Origin: Xanthobacteraceae bacterium
GTDB taxonomy: Bacteria > Pseudomonadota > Alphaproteobacteria > Rhizobiales > Xanthobacteraceae
Assembly: GCA_022841625.1 (NCBI GenBank)
Contig: JALHRD010000013.1
Location: 24,577-88,576 of the forward strand
Length of the DNA: 64,000 bases
Direction of reading: 5' to 3'
The notes beneath the pieces were generated by a model. That model ran no database searches, was not told where the DNA came from, and worked only from the letters and a program-made list of their open reading frames with translations. Of this stretch, positions 18,565 through 26,904 are shown one piece after another (position 1 is the first letter of the stretch; each line of letters begins with the position of its first letter). A program made the translations under genes and the position numbers.

Positions 18565-19490
18565 TCCATTCCCGCAATCGACAGCACGCCGTCCATTGAA
18601 AGTCGGGTCGCGATCCGGGTCGGCAGGCCGCCGGCAGGTTTGGTCAATCGCTCTAAGAGCAATGACTGTACCGTGATGGTGCGCACCCGTTCGACCGGGA
18701 CCGCCGGGGCGCCGCTGCGCGCCAACACCGCCAACAATTCGGTTCGCCGGGCCGGCGAGGGATCGTTGCGATAGGCGATCAGGGCGTTGATGGTCTCGGC
18801 GGTGAGCACGAACGGATCGCCGTCGCGCGGCACGGACGGCTGTGGTGAGTGTATGGGCACGGCGGCGGACATTGGTGGCAGCATCGAAGTTTCGCGCATG
18901 ACGACGCCACTCGCGGGTCGATCCGCTGCCGGCGCGACTTGGGGCGCTGGCGATTGGACGGCCGGGCGAAGCGACGGACTCATATGAAGAGCAATGTCGA
19001 ATCCGACTGCGACAATGGCGATTGACGCCAGCGCTGAGGTTGCGATTGCCAGCCGCGGACGCGGCAGCAACCATTCGATGAATCCCGTGACGCCGGCGCG
19101 ACCAGCTGGCTTGGGCCCGTCTTCAAGCGCGATCGCCAGCGCGGTTAACGCGGCCGGCGGGTTTTCATTGCGCGTGGCGACCTCTTCGATCCACGCCACC
19201 GCGGCAATCAGCGCCTCGCGGCGGCCCGGCGATTGAGCGAGCGCGGCCTCGAAGGCGTCGCGCTCCATGGCCGTCATGGCGCCATCGAGATAGGCAGCCA
19301 GTTGCAAGGCATCGGCCGCCGGACCGTGATCGGGGGTTTGATCGGAGCGCTGGAAGCCGCCCTCGCCGGCTTCGCTTTCGACCATCGCACGCAAGCGCCG
19401 CGCCAGCGCAACGCCGGCCGCCGAAAGCGGGGCGGCGTGTTCGGCCTGTCCGGTAAGACGCGCTATGATCGGTTCAATCGACATGGTCAT
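18561..19490 (-). CDS. Putative anti-sigma factor, single-pass membrane protein
   Basis: 309 aa. The N-terminal ALQLAAYLDGAMTAMERDAFEAALAQSPGRREAL resembles the anti-sigma N-terminal helix pair but lacks the Zn ligands. One TM segment is present (LAIATSALASIAIVAVGFDIAL). It starts 14 nt downstream of the sigma gene. Confidence 0.55.
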   Translation of the reverse strand: MTMSIEPIIARLTGQAEHAAPLSAAGVALARRLRAMVESEAGEGGFQRSDQTPDHGPAADALQLAAYLDGAMTAMERDAFEAALAQSPGRREALIAAVAWIEEVATRNENPPAALTALAIALEDGPKPAGRAGVTGFIEWLLPRPRLAIATSALASIAIVAVGFDIALHMSPSLRPAVQSPAPQVAPAADRPASGVVMRETSMLPPMSAAVPIHSPQPSVPRDGDPFVLTAETINALIAYRNDPSPARRTELLAVLARSGAPAVPVERVRTITVQSLLLERLTKPAGGLPTRIATRLSMDGVLSIAGMD

Positions 19491-19504
19491 TGGTCCAGTG
19501 GCTA

Positions 19505-20650
19505 TTAGACGGACATGCCCAGAGTTTTAATGGCGGTATTGTCAGCGAGCGCCTGACGCAGCAAACGTTCGGCCTGCTGCCGCAACCGGTAGATTTCGGT
19601 CACCGGCCGGGCCATCAGCCGGGCGATATCGCGCGCCGGCAAGGCGCCGTTGCCGGACATGACGTATTGCAGATAAAGGCGGATGTCCTGCGGCATATGG
19701 GCGACGGCGGCCTTGAGCGCATCGGTCGCTTGCTCCAGGATTTCCTCCTCCTCCCGGGCGATGGCAGCGTCTTCCGGGGTCGGCCGTTCGTCGGAAATCT
19801 CACCGGCGCCGCTGCGGTCCTCGGCGGTGCCGGGCAGCGCCACCAGGCGCGGCCGGCGGACTTCTTCGCCAGCGCTGAAATTGCGCGGCAATGAAGCCCT
19901 GACCGCGGCGATGGTCGCGGCCAGCGACGGCGCGTCGAGTTCGATCTTGTGTGCGCGCAAGGCGGCGTCGAGGCGTTGCTCCGGACATTGCTCCCAATAG
20001 AGCTGCCGAAACACCTCCTGTCCGGCCTCCGGCAACCGCTTGATCGCGGCAGGAAGCCGCCGTCGCGGCAGGTCCTTGCGGAGCAGGTCGATGCAAAGAT
20101 TGGTCACGATCCGCAAAACGAAGCCGCCGAAGCTGCCCTGCCCGTCATAGGCCAGCACCCGGCGATAGCCGTTCTCGATGAGCGCCGCTGCGACCTCGTG
20201 ATAGATGTCGTCGTCGTCGGTGGTGGGGAAATAGCGCGCGACGATGCGCAGCATGTCGCGTTTGAAGAAATGTTCGAAGATGCGCCAGCCGCGCTCCGGA
20301 TTGTCAGACAGAAGCCGGGCGATGCGCTGCGACAACAGATCGCGCAAGACCAATCGCAGATAGGACGAGAACGCGGCGCGGCCGTCGAACGCGCGCAGTA
20401 GGGCGAAATCGTCGGCGCGCAGTCGCGCCATCATATCGATGAATGCATCATTGGCGTCGTTGCCGGTGAATGCCAGCCGGCAGGCGCCGTATACGTCGCC
20501 TTGGCACCGCCCCACGAACCGTGCCCATGCTCCGGGCTGGTGCGCGAACACCGCCTGCAGCATTTCGAGATCGGTTGTTGCTCGTGGTGGTGCGCCACTG
20601 ACCATGGCCGGGAATGTCGTCCTTCGGGCGAAAGTTGCGCACGACGGCAC
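19505..20650 (-). CDS. Sigma-70 family (ECF-like) sigma factor with apparently duplicated sigma-2/sigma-4 modules
   Basis: 381 aa, about twice normal ECF size. There are two sigma-2-like stretches: DAFIDMMARLRADDFALLRAFDGRAAFSSYLRLVLRDLL and IYHEVAAALIENGYRRVLAYDGQGSFGGFVLRIVTNLCIDLLRK. There are two sigma-4-like stretches: LPEAGQEVFRQLYWEQ and MPQDIRLYLQYVMSGNGALPARDIARLMARPVTEIYRLRQQAERLL. The true start is uncertain. Confidence 0.68.
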   Translation of the reverse strand: MPSCATFARRTTFPAMVSGAPPRATTDLEMLQAVFAHQPGAWARFVGRCQGDVYGACRLAFTGNDANDAFIDMMARLRADDFALLRAFDGRAAFSSYLRLVLRDLLSQRIARLLSDNPERGWRIFEHFFKRDMLRIVARYFPTTDDDDIYHEVAAALIENGYRRVLAYDGQGSFGGFVLRIVTNLCIDLLRKDLPRRRLPAAIKRLPEAGQEVFRQLYWEQCPEQRLDAALRAHKIELDAPSLAATIAAVRASLPRNFSAGEEVRRPRLVALPGTAEDRSGAGEISDERPTPEDAAIAREEEEILEQATDALKAAVAHMPQDIRLYLQYVMSGNGALPARDIARLMARPVTEIYRLRQQAERLLRQALADNTAIKTLGMSV

Positions 20651-20715
20651 AATGCCAGGCGGTCGCCCCTACACCCAGGCGCTCGAACTATAATGGCTTT
20701 GAACGGCAGCGTCGC

Positions 20716-22404
20716 CTATGCCGTGGCGCGGTTCGCTTCGCTCAGCACCACGGCGCTGTGCGCGACCACGGCGTTGCGGCCGCGCCGTTTGGCGCTATAG
20801 AGGGCAATGTCGGCCGCATCGACCAGCTGCTCGGCCGGTTCGGACAGCGCCGGAATGAGCGAGGCCGCCCCGATGCTGACGGTGACTTGGCCATTTGGCG
20901 ACGATGCGTGAGCGATGCAGAGTTCCTCGACGGTGCGTCGCAACCGCTCCGCCACCTGGAGTGCGGCGTCGATTGAGGCGCCGGGGAGCAGCAGCGCGAA
21001 CTCTTCGCCGCCATAGCGGGCCGGCAGGTCATCCGTGCCGGTTACGATTTCCTTCAGCAGCTTGCCGATGCGGCGCAGGCAAATGTCGCCCTCAAGATGG
21101 CCATAACGGTCGTTGAACAATTTGAAATGATCGACGTCGATCATGAGCAGTGCCAGCGGGCGGCCAAGCTTGCCGGCGCGCTGCCAATCGGCAGCGATCC
21201 GTGAGTCAAAGCTGCGTCGGTTCGCAAGACCCGACAGGGCGTCGCTGGAGGCAAGCTCCTGCAAATGACTGTTGGCGTCGCGCAACTGCTGTTCGCGTTC
21301 GGCGAGACGGATCGCCATATTGCTGAGCGCCGCGGTCAATGGCGCAAATTCCTTGGCCCAGGCCGTGCGCGTGGGCCGCGCCTGCAGCTCGCCGCGACCG
21401 AAGCGCTCGGCAACGCGTGCCAGCGACCGGATCGGAGCGACGATCAGGCGCTCGCCGCCGAACCAGGCGATCAACAACACCATCAGGCCGAATAGACCGA
21501 GCTGCAAATAGGCCAGTGAGATCTCGCGATCGATGCTGGAGAGTGCTTCCGCTTCGTTGAGTCCGACAATCAGGCGTGCGTCGGTCGACGCGATGCGCAC
21601 GAATCCGAAAATGCGGCGTTCGCCGTCGAGGCCGTCGCCGCGTAGGGTGCCTTCGTCGCCCTGGCTGATGCGCTTAAAGAACGGTGTGTCATCGAGCCGT
21701 TTGCCGGTCCAGTCGGTCTTGCCGAGACCGCCGGCGATCACGGTGCCGGCGCTGTCGACCAGGAGCACGCTGGATCCCGTATGACGCTTCAACGCGGCGA
21801 TCAGGCCGTTGACCCATTGCAAGTCGACTGAGGTCATGACGGCCGCCCGAACGCTGGGATTGATTGCATGCGTCGGATAGACCGCAACGAAAGTCGGCAC
21901 TTTATGCAGGCGGCCGATCGTGTATTTTCCGACGGTGAATTCGCCGGTTTCCATCGCGCTGCGCAAATGCAGCTGATCGGACAGGTCGAGGCCGATCGCG
22001 CGGGGAACCGTCGAGCATTTAACCTTGCCGTCGGCGTCGACAATCGTGATACCGTTGACCCAGGGCATGCCGGCAACGAGATCAGACAAATAGAAATTGC
22101 AGGTGGTACCGCTGGCGAGCGAGCCGATATAGGCGCGCGCCAATACCTGCAACATGGTCTTGGTGGTAAGGATCATCTCGCGCTGGCCGTCGGCGCCGCG
22201 GCGCGCCAATTCCAACGCGTTGGCGGCAGCGCTGTCGATGCGTTCGGTGCGACCTTGCTCGAGCAAGCGCACACGGTCGAGCATCAGCGGCACAACCGCC
22301 AGCAGCGCGAGAATGACGAGTCGAGCGCGGATGCTGAGAGTCGGCTTGCGCTTTTGCGGCGTGCTATAGCAACTGTCTGCGGCGTCCATCTGGCGATCCA
22401 CCAT
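20716..22404 (-). CDS. Membrane sensor diguanylate cyclase (periplasmic Cache-like domain, HAMP, GGDEF)
   Basis: 562 aa with two TM segments flanking a roughly 270-aa periplasmic domain. The C-terminus has DALSGLANRRSF....DVDHFKLFNDRYGHLEGD...RYGGEEFALLL (a GGEEF active site). Confidence 0.88.
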   Translation of the reverse strand: MVDRQMDAADSCYSTPQKRKPTLSIRARLVILALLAVVPLMLDRVRLLEQGRTERIDSAAANALELARRGADGQREMILTTKTMLQVLARAYIGSLASGTTCNFYLSDLVAGMPWVNGITIVDADGKVKCSTVPRAIGLDLSDQLHLRSAMETGEFTVGKYTIGRLHKVPTFVAVYPTHAINPSVRAAVMTSVDLQWVNGLIAALKRHTGSSVLLVDSAGTVIAGGLGKTDWTGKRLDDTPFFKRISQGDEGTLRGDGLDGERRIFGFVRIASTDARLIVGLNEAEALSSIDREISLAYLQLGLFGLMVLLIAWFGGERLIVAPIRSLARVAERFGRGELQARPTRTAWAKEFAPLTAALSNMAIRLAEREQQLRDANSHLQELASSDALSGLANRRSFDSRIAADWQRAGKLGRPLALLMIDVDHFKLFNDRYGHLEGDICLRRIGKLLKEIVTGTDDLPARYGGEEFALLLPGASIDAALQVAERLRRTVEELCIAHASSPNGQVTVSIGAASLIPALSEPAEQLVDAADIALYSAKRRGRNAVVAHSAVVLSEANRATA

Positions 22405-22469
22405 CCCAGCGCGACCTTAGCAGCGAGGAATGAAGCGGCCTTTGGCGCGATCGTTAAGGTTTTAGGGAA

Positions 22470-23153
22470 GTGACCGGCTTGAAAGTGGTAACCACGATTG
22501 ACGAACGCCTCGTCGCGGTACGCGCGGACATCGCCCGGGCTTGTCGCGAAGCCGGCCGGGACCCTGGTTCAGTGACCCTGGTGGCGGTTTCCAAGACCTT
22601 CGGGCCCGAGGCAATCGCGCCGGTCATCGCCACCGGTCAACGGGTCTTTGGCGAGAACCGGGTCCAGGAGGCCAAAGCCAAGTGGCCTGGCCTGCGTGAG
22701 CGCCACGCGGGGATAGAGTTGCATCTGGTCGGTCCGCTGCAGTCCAACAAGGCTAAGGAGGCGGTTGCGTTATTTGATGCGATTCATTCCTTGGACCGGC
22801 CCAGCCTGGCTGAGGCGCTGGCCAAAGAAATGGCCCGCCAGGGCAGGGCGCCGCTGCTTTTTGTTGAAATCAACACCGGCGGCGAACCACAGAAATCTGG
22901 CGTTTTGCCGCAAGAAGCAGACAATTTTATCAAGAATTGTCGCGAATCATACGGTTTGAAGGTGGCTGGCGTGATGTGCCTGCCGCCGCTCGAAGAGCCG
23001 CCCGCACCCCATTTTGCGCTGGCGGCAAAGATCGCGCGACGCAATGAAATGAATCTTCTTTCAATGGGAATGAGTCGGGATTTTCCGGCCGCTATCGCCC
23101 TGGGGGCCACCCATGTCCGGATCGGGACCGCTATTTTTGGCGAGCGGGATTAG
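22470..23153 (+). CDS. yggS: YggS-family pyridoxal-phosphate homeostasis protein
   Basis: 227 aa with a GTG start. Motifs VTLVAVSKT, FGENRVQE, LHLVGPLQSNK and SMGMS.DF..AI..GAT.VRIGTAIFG. Confidence 0.88.
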   Translation: MTGLKVVTTIDERLVAVRADIARACREAGRDPGSVTLVAVSKTFGPEAIAPVIATGQRVFGENRVQEAKAKWPGLRERHAGIELHLVGPLQSNKAKEAVALFDAIHSLDRPSLAEALAKEMARQGRAPLLFVEINTGGEPQKSGVLPQEADNFIKNCRESYGLKVAGVMCLPPLEEPPAPHFALAAKIARRNEMNLLSMGMSRDFPAAIALGATHVRIGTAIFGERD

Positions 23154-23692
23154 AAATGAATTATGATTTTTGTTTTTGGCGATAGAAATTTCAGGAGCCG
23201 CTGGAGCTCCCCAACCGCCATCGCCACACAGCCGGCCGTCGCTGCGCGATCCGGGCGCGCCACATGCAGGAATACCGCGCTGCCGCGCCCTGCCACGCGC
23301 GGTCGGGTGTTGTGGTCGATTTCGACTAAAAGGTCGTAGAGTCGGTCACTGCGCCATAGCCGGTCGCCTGGTTCATTGGCCGCCCGGCGAAACGGTCGGT
23401 TGTAGCGGCGATCGTTCGGGTCCTCACACCAGGCCAAGCTCGGTTCGATCCGGCTAACCGGCAGCTGCGTCCGTGGTCGTGGCCCGCGATCAGGCCGCCA
23501 CCAGACCCGCAGCGGGCGGAAGCGGCCCGACGGCGTTGCGCCGTCGCCCTCGCGCTTATTCGCCCGGATGCCGGTGCGGCCCAGCACCACGGGGATGCCG
23601 CGGTGCGCCAGCGTCATGATCCCCTGGCGGCGGTCTCCCGGTCGCGCGTGTATCCTGAGTATTGTCAGTCCGATCGGCCGCTTGCCACGCAT
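23150..23692 (-). CDS. L,D-transpeptidase (YkuD) catalytic-domain protein
   Basis: GSAVFLHVARPDRAATAGCVAM matches the H...GC catalytic motif. The start was set at ATG 23692, which has GGAG about 10 nt upstream. The ORF-track start is 23725. Confidence 0.72.
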   Translation of the reverse strand: MRGKRPIGLTILRIHARPGDRRQGIMTLAHRGIPVVLGRTGIRANKREGDGATPSGRFRPLRVWWRPDRGPRPRTQLPVSRIEPSLAWCEDPNDRRYNRPFRRAANEPGDRLWRSDRLYDLLVEIDHNTRPRVAGRGSAVFLHVARPDRAATAGCVAMAVGELQRLLKFLSPKTKIIIHF

Positions 23693-23809
23693 CCTTTGGG
23701 TCTCCGCTGCGTAATGAGCGAGCAAGCACCGCTTGCTCTTTTGGGCTCGAATGCTCTACTTCGCGCAACGCTGTATATGTCCCAGGAATTGCTCAAGGCA
23801 CATCGCGAT

Positions 23810-24496
23810 ATGTCCAACATCCGTAAAATTCTGATCGTCGATGACGACGCGCAGCTACGCGACGCCTTGGTGGAGCAGCTGGCGCTGCACGAGGAATTCA
23901 ATACCACCGCGGTCGAAACCGGCTCCAAGGGGATCCAGTTCGCCAAAGCGGAGCAGGTTGACCTCCTGATCATGGACGTTGGCCTGCCCGATATCGATGG
24001 CCGCGAAGCGGTACGGCTCCTGCGCAAGGGCGGTTTCAAGGCACCGATTATCATGCTGACCGGCCACGACACCGATTCCGATACCATTCTTGGGTTGGAA
24101 TCCGGCGCCAATGACTACGTCACAAAACCGTTCCGGTTTGCCGTCTTGCTGGCGCGGGTCCGGGCGCAGTTGCGCCAACACGAGGCGAGCGAGGATGCGG
24201 TGTTCACGATCGGTCCGTATTCCTTCCGCCCGAGCTCTAAAATTTTGCTCGCCCCAAAGGCGAGCAAGGTCCGCCTGACTGAAAAAGAAACCGCAATCTT
24301 GCGCTATCTCTACCGCGCCGGTCAGCGTCCGGTGGCGCGCGAAACGCTGTTGCAGGAAGTCTGGGGTTATAATTCCGGCGTCACCACCCACACGCTGGAA
24401 ACCCATATCTACCGTCTGCGGCAGAAGATCGAAAAGGACGCCGGCGCGCCCGCAATTCTCGTCACCGAAGCGGGCGGCTACAAATTGGTGCCATGA
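23810..24496 (+). CDS. OmpR-family winged-helix response regulator
   Basis: The receiver domain has KILIVDDD, DLLIMDVGLPDIDG and IIMLTG. The C-terminal winged helix has LTEKETAILRYLYRAGQRPVARETLL..VWGY.....TLETHIYRLRQKI. An alternative start is 23777. The conserved neighbourhood (cNMP-domain gene, xthA) is reminiscent of CenR/PetR-type regulators, but that assignment is not established here. Confidence 0.87.
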   Translation: MSNIRKILIVDDDAQLRDALVEQLALHEEFNTTAVETGSKGIQFAKAEQVDLLIMDVGLPDIDGREAVRLLRKGGFKAPIIMLTGHDTDSDTILGLESGANDYVTKPFRFAVLLARVRAQLRQHEASEDAVFTIGPYSFRPSSKILLAPKASKVRLTEKETAILRYLYRAGQRPVARETLLQEVWGYNSGVTTHTLETHIYRLRQKIEKDAGAPAILVTEAGGYKLVP

Positions 24497-24969
24497 GTTT
24501 GTCGATCATGACGCTTGAAGACGATATCACATTTTTTGAACACGTGCCGACACTCAATGTTTTGGGGCGCGCCGCGCTGCGTATTCTCGCGATTGGTTCC
24601 GAAAGTCGGCTTATTCACGCAGGCGAAGTTCTGTTTCACGCCGGCGATCTGGCCGACGCCGGCTTTGTGATTCAGGAAGGGCGCTTTGAGTTGTCAACAC
24701 GCCAGTTTGAGGGCGGCCACATTGTTACGGTCGGGCGCGGCACATTGCTCGGGGAACTTGCATTGTTGACCGAAACCGTGCGTCCGGTCACCGCAACCGC
24801 GAAGGAACCGTCGACGGTGTTGCGGATTCCGCGCGCGCTGTTTCTCAAGATGTTGGATGGCTATCCGGAGGCCGCGGCAAAGCTTCGTGATGTTATCGCC
24901 GTGCGTACCGACCAATCGGCGCACGAAGTGTTTGGCGTGCGGCCGTTGTTTGACGAGCGACAAATCTGA
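24493..24969 (+). CDS. Cyclic-nucleotide-binding-domain protein
   Basis: 158 aa. The ATGA overlap with the regulator gene implies coupling. GEVLFHAGDLADAGFVIQEGRFEL....GTLLGELALL is a typical cNMP beta-barrel motif. Confidence 0.8.
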   Translation: MSLSIMTLEDDITFFEHVPTLNVLGRAALRILAIGSESRLIHAGEVLFHAGDLADAGFVIQEGRFELSTRQFEGGHIVTVGRGTLLGELALLTETVRPVTATAKEPSTVLRIPRALFLKMLDGYPEAAAKLRDVIAVRTDQSAHEVFGVRPLFDERQI

Positions 24970-24994
24970 TCCTTCGTCGGCCGAGCAGTATTAT

Positions 24995-25816
24995 TCAGAG
25001 TTCTATGGTTGCCGTGACCGGCACGTGGTCGGAGGGCCGCGGGACCCCGCGATAGGTCTTGGCGATTGCTATGGCCGAAATTCGATCCGCGAGCGCTGGC
25101 GAGGTCCAGACATGGTCGAGCCGTCGTCCGCGATCGGCGGCTTTCCAGTCCGCGGCGCGATAACTCCACCAAGTAAAAAGCTTGGCAGGTTCCGGAACGA
25201 GCATGCGCATCGCATCAATCCAATGGCCGGCCCTCTGCACGGCTGCGAGCTTTTCGCACTCGATCGGCGTGTGCGAGACCACTTTCAGCATTTGCTTGTG
25301 ACTCCAGACGTCATGCTCAAGCGGTGCGACATTCAAGTCGCCCACCAAGACCATGCGGTCTGACGCACCGCCGCGCAGGGCCGCCGATTCACGCATCTCA
25401 TCAAGAAATGCTAGTTTATGGGCGAATTTGGGGTTGATCGACGGGTCGGGAATATCGCCGCCCGCCGGCACGTAGAAATTATGCAGTGAAATGGGATTGC
25501 GTACGCCGGCGCGTTCACCGAGCACCACTGAAACATGCCGACAGTCATTTTTGGCGCAGAATTCCTGCCGGGTGACCGATTCGAATGGCAGCCGGGATAT
25601 GACCACGACGCCGTGATACCCCTTCTGACCATTCATCGCGATGTGTTCGTAGCCAAGCCGGTGGAACCGCTTGAGCGGGAATTTGTCGTCTGGGCATTTG
25701 GTCTCTTGCAGGCACAGCACGTCAGGACGGACCGCCTTGATGAATTTGGCGACCAGATCGATGCGCAGGCGCACCGAGTTTATGTTCCATGTGCTGATCG
25801 TGAAGGGCATGTGCAA
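24995..25816 (-). CDS. xthA: Exodeoxyribonuclease III
   Basis: 273 aa with TWNINSVR, LCLQETK, GDLNVAP and a C-terminal SDHVPV. Confidence 0.92.
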   Translation of the reverse strand: MHMPFTISTWNINSVRLRIDLVAKFIKAVRPDVLCLQETKCPDDKFPLKRFHRLGYEHIAMNGQKGYHGVVVISRLPFESVTRQEFCAKNDCRHVSVVLGERAGVRNPISLHNFYVPAGGDIPDPSINPKFAHKLAFLDEMRESAALRGGASDRMVLVGDLNVAPLEHDVWSHKQMLKVVSHTPIECEKLAAVQRAGHWIDAMRMLVPEPAKLFTWWSYRAADWKAADRGRRLDHVWTSPALADRISAIAIAKTYRGVPRPSDHVPVTATIEL

Positions 25817-25905
25817 CTATTTAGCGTGCGCGGTCGCGGTGGCAAGCGCGGCGTTGCGTCGGGCGATTGAAACGATGGGATAAGCGTCCGAGGCCGCCGC
25901 TATAA

Positions 25906-26739
25906 TCAGCGGTCGCGTCGATAGTCGGTGTAATCGATCCTGAACATATTAGGATCGGGGCGCCGATTGCTGTCGAGATTGGAGACGGCGATGGTCGTAT
26001 CGAAGCCCTGTGGGTCGGTCACCACCCATTGTCGCAATTCCAGGCTCTTGGCATCGAACATCATCATCAGGCGGCTAGTGCCGATCAAGGCCTGCTTTTC
26101 TTCGACCACGATCGAGACAAACAATTCGTCCGAGGTAACCGCCGTGACTTGGGTGTCACGCATGAGGTCGATACGGTCCGCCAACAAGAAACGCAGCGGG
26201 GTCTGCGACAGCGGATAAAGATCTTGGGTCGACAATCGGCGGTCGCGCACGACCACCGAGGAGCCATCCGCAATGATGTCGATCGGACTCGGCGGATCGT
26301 ACTCAAAGCGAACCTTGCCAGGCTTCTGCAGATAGAAATTACCACTGGCGCGACGACCGTCGGCGCCAATCTGCGCGAACGATCCGGACATGACATGCAC
26401 GCGCGACAAGTATCCGCTGACTTTGTCCACCAGCGCGCGCTGCTGGGCATTGAAGTTTACTGTGGTGCGTGCCGGTGGCGGGGCTGATGGGGCACCGCCG
26501 AGGAATGACGGCAGCCATGACGGGCTGCTTGGTGCGGCAGGTTGAGCCTGGGGCTGCGGATTTGGCTGCGCGCTTGGTCGCGCATCGGGAATGGCGGCCG
26601 GCGGCGGTGGAACCGCGCCGCTGCGGGGCTGCGGGCCGGGCGTTGGGAGGGGGATTTGCTGCGCTGTCACCGGAATCGCGGCTACGATCAATCCTGCGAG
26701 CAATGTTGAAATGAACGCGGCCTGGCGACTGCCACTCAT
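25906..26739 (-). CDS. LolA-like outer-membrane lipoprotein carrier protein
   Basis: The start was set at ATG 26739 behind GGAGAGGA. It has a signal peptide (MSGSRQAAFISTLLAGLIVAAIPVTAQ), a Pro/Ala-rich linker, and then FAQIG.DG....G.FYLQKPGKVRFEYD. It sits downstream of ftsK, as in many alphaproteobacteria. Confidence 0.72.
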   Translation of the reverse strand: MSGSRQAAFISTLLAGLIVAAIPVTAQQIPLPTPGPQPRSGAVPPPPAAIPDARPSAQPNPQPQAQPAAPSSPSWLPSFLGGAPSAPPPARTTVNFNAQQRALVDKVSGYLSRVHVMSGSFAQIGADGRRASGNFYLQKPGKVRFEYDPPSPIDIIADGSSVVVRDRRLSTQDLYPLSQTPLRFLLADRIDLMRDTQVTAVTSDELFVSIVVEEKQALIGTSRLMMMFDAKSLELRQWVVTDPQGFDTTIAVSNLDSNRRPDPNMFRIDYTDYRRDR

Positions 26740-26904
26740 CGTCTTCGGTCCTCTCCACTTTCGCCCAATCACTGTCGGTCCGCTCATCCGTTAGCCGCAA
26801 CCTGTGGCGAGATCGCGGCTGCGCGACAAAATTTTACCTAATTTCAATACCGGCAGGTGGGATGGATCTCAATCCGCGCGCAAGGCACTTTACGTCTAAT
26901 ACCG

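Noticed and set aside
16510-19074. Long minus-strand ORFs 16510-17559 (349 aa) and 17593-19074 (493 aa)
   Set aside because: They lie opposite the amidohydrolase and aldo/keto reductase genes, both of which have clear family motifs. The first also translates the palindromic repeat into the known ghost peptide EYDLFRKPVPTFRDHAL.
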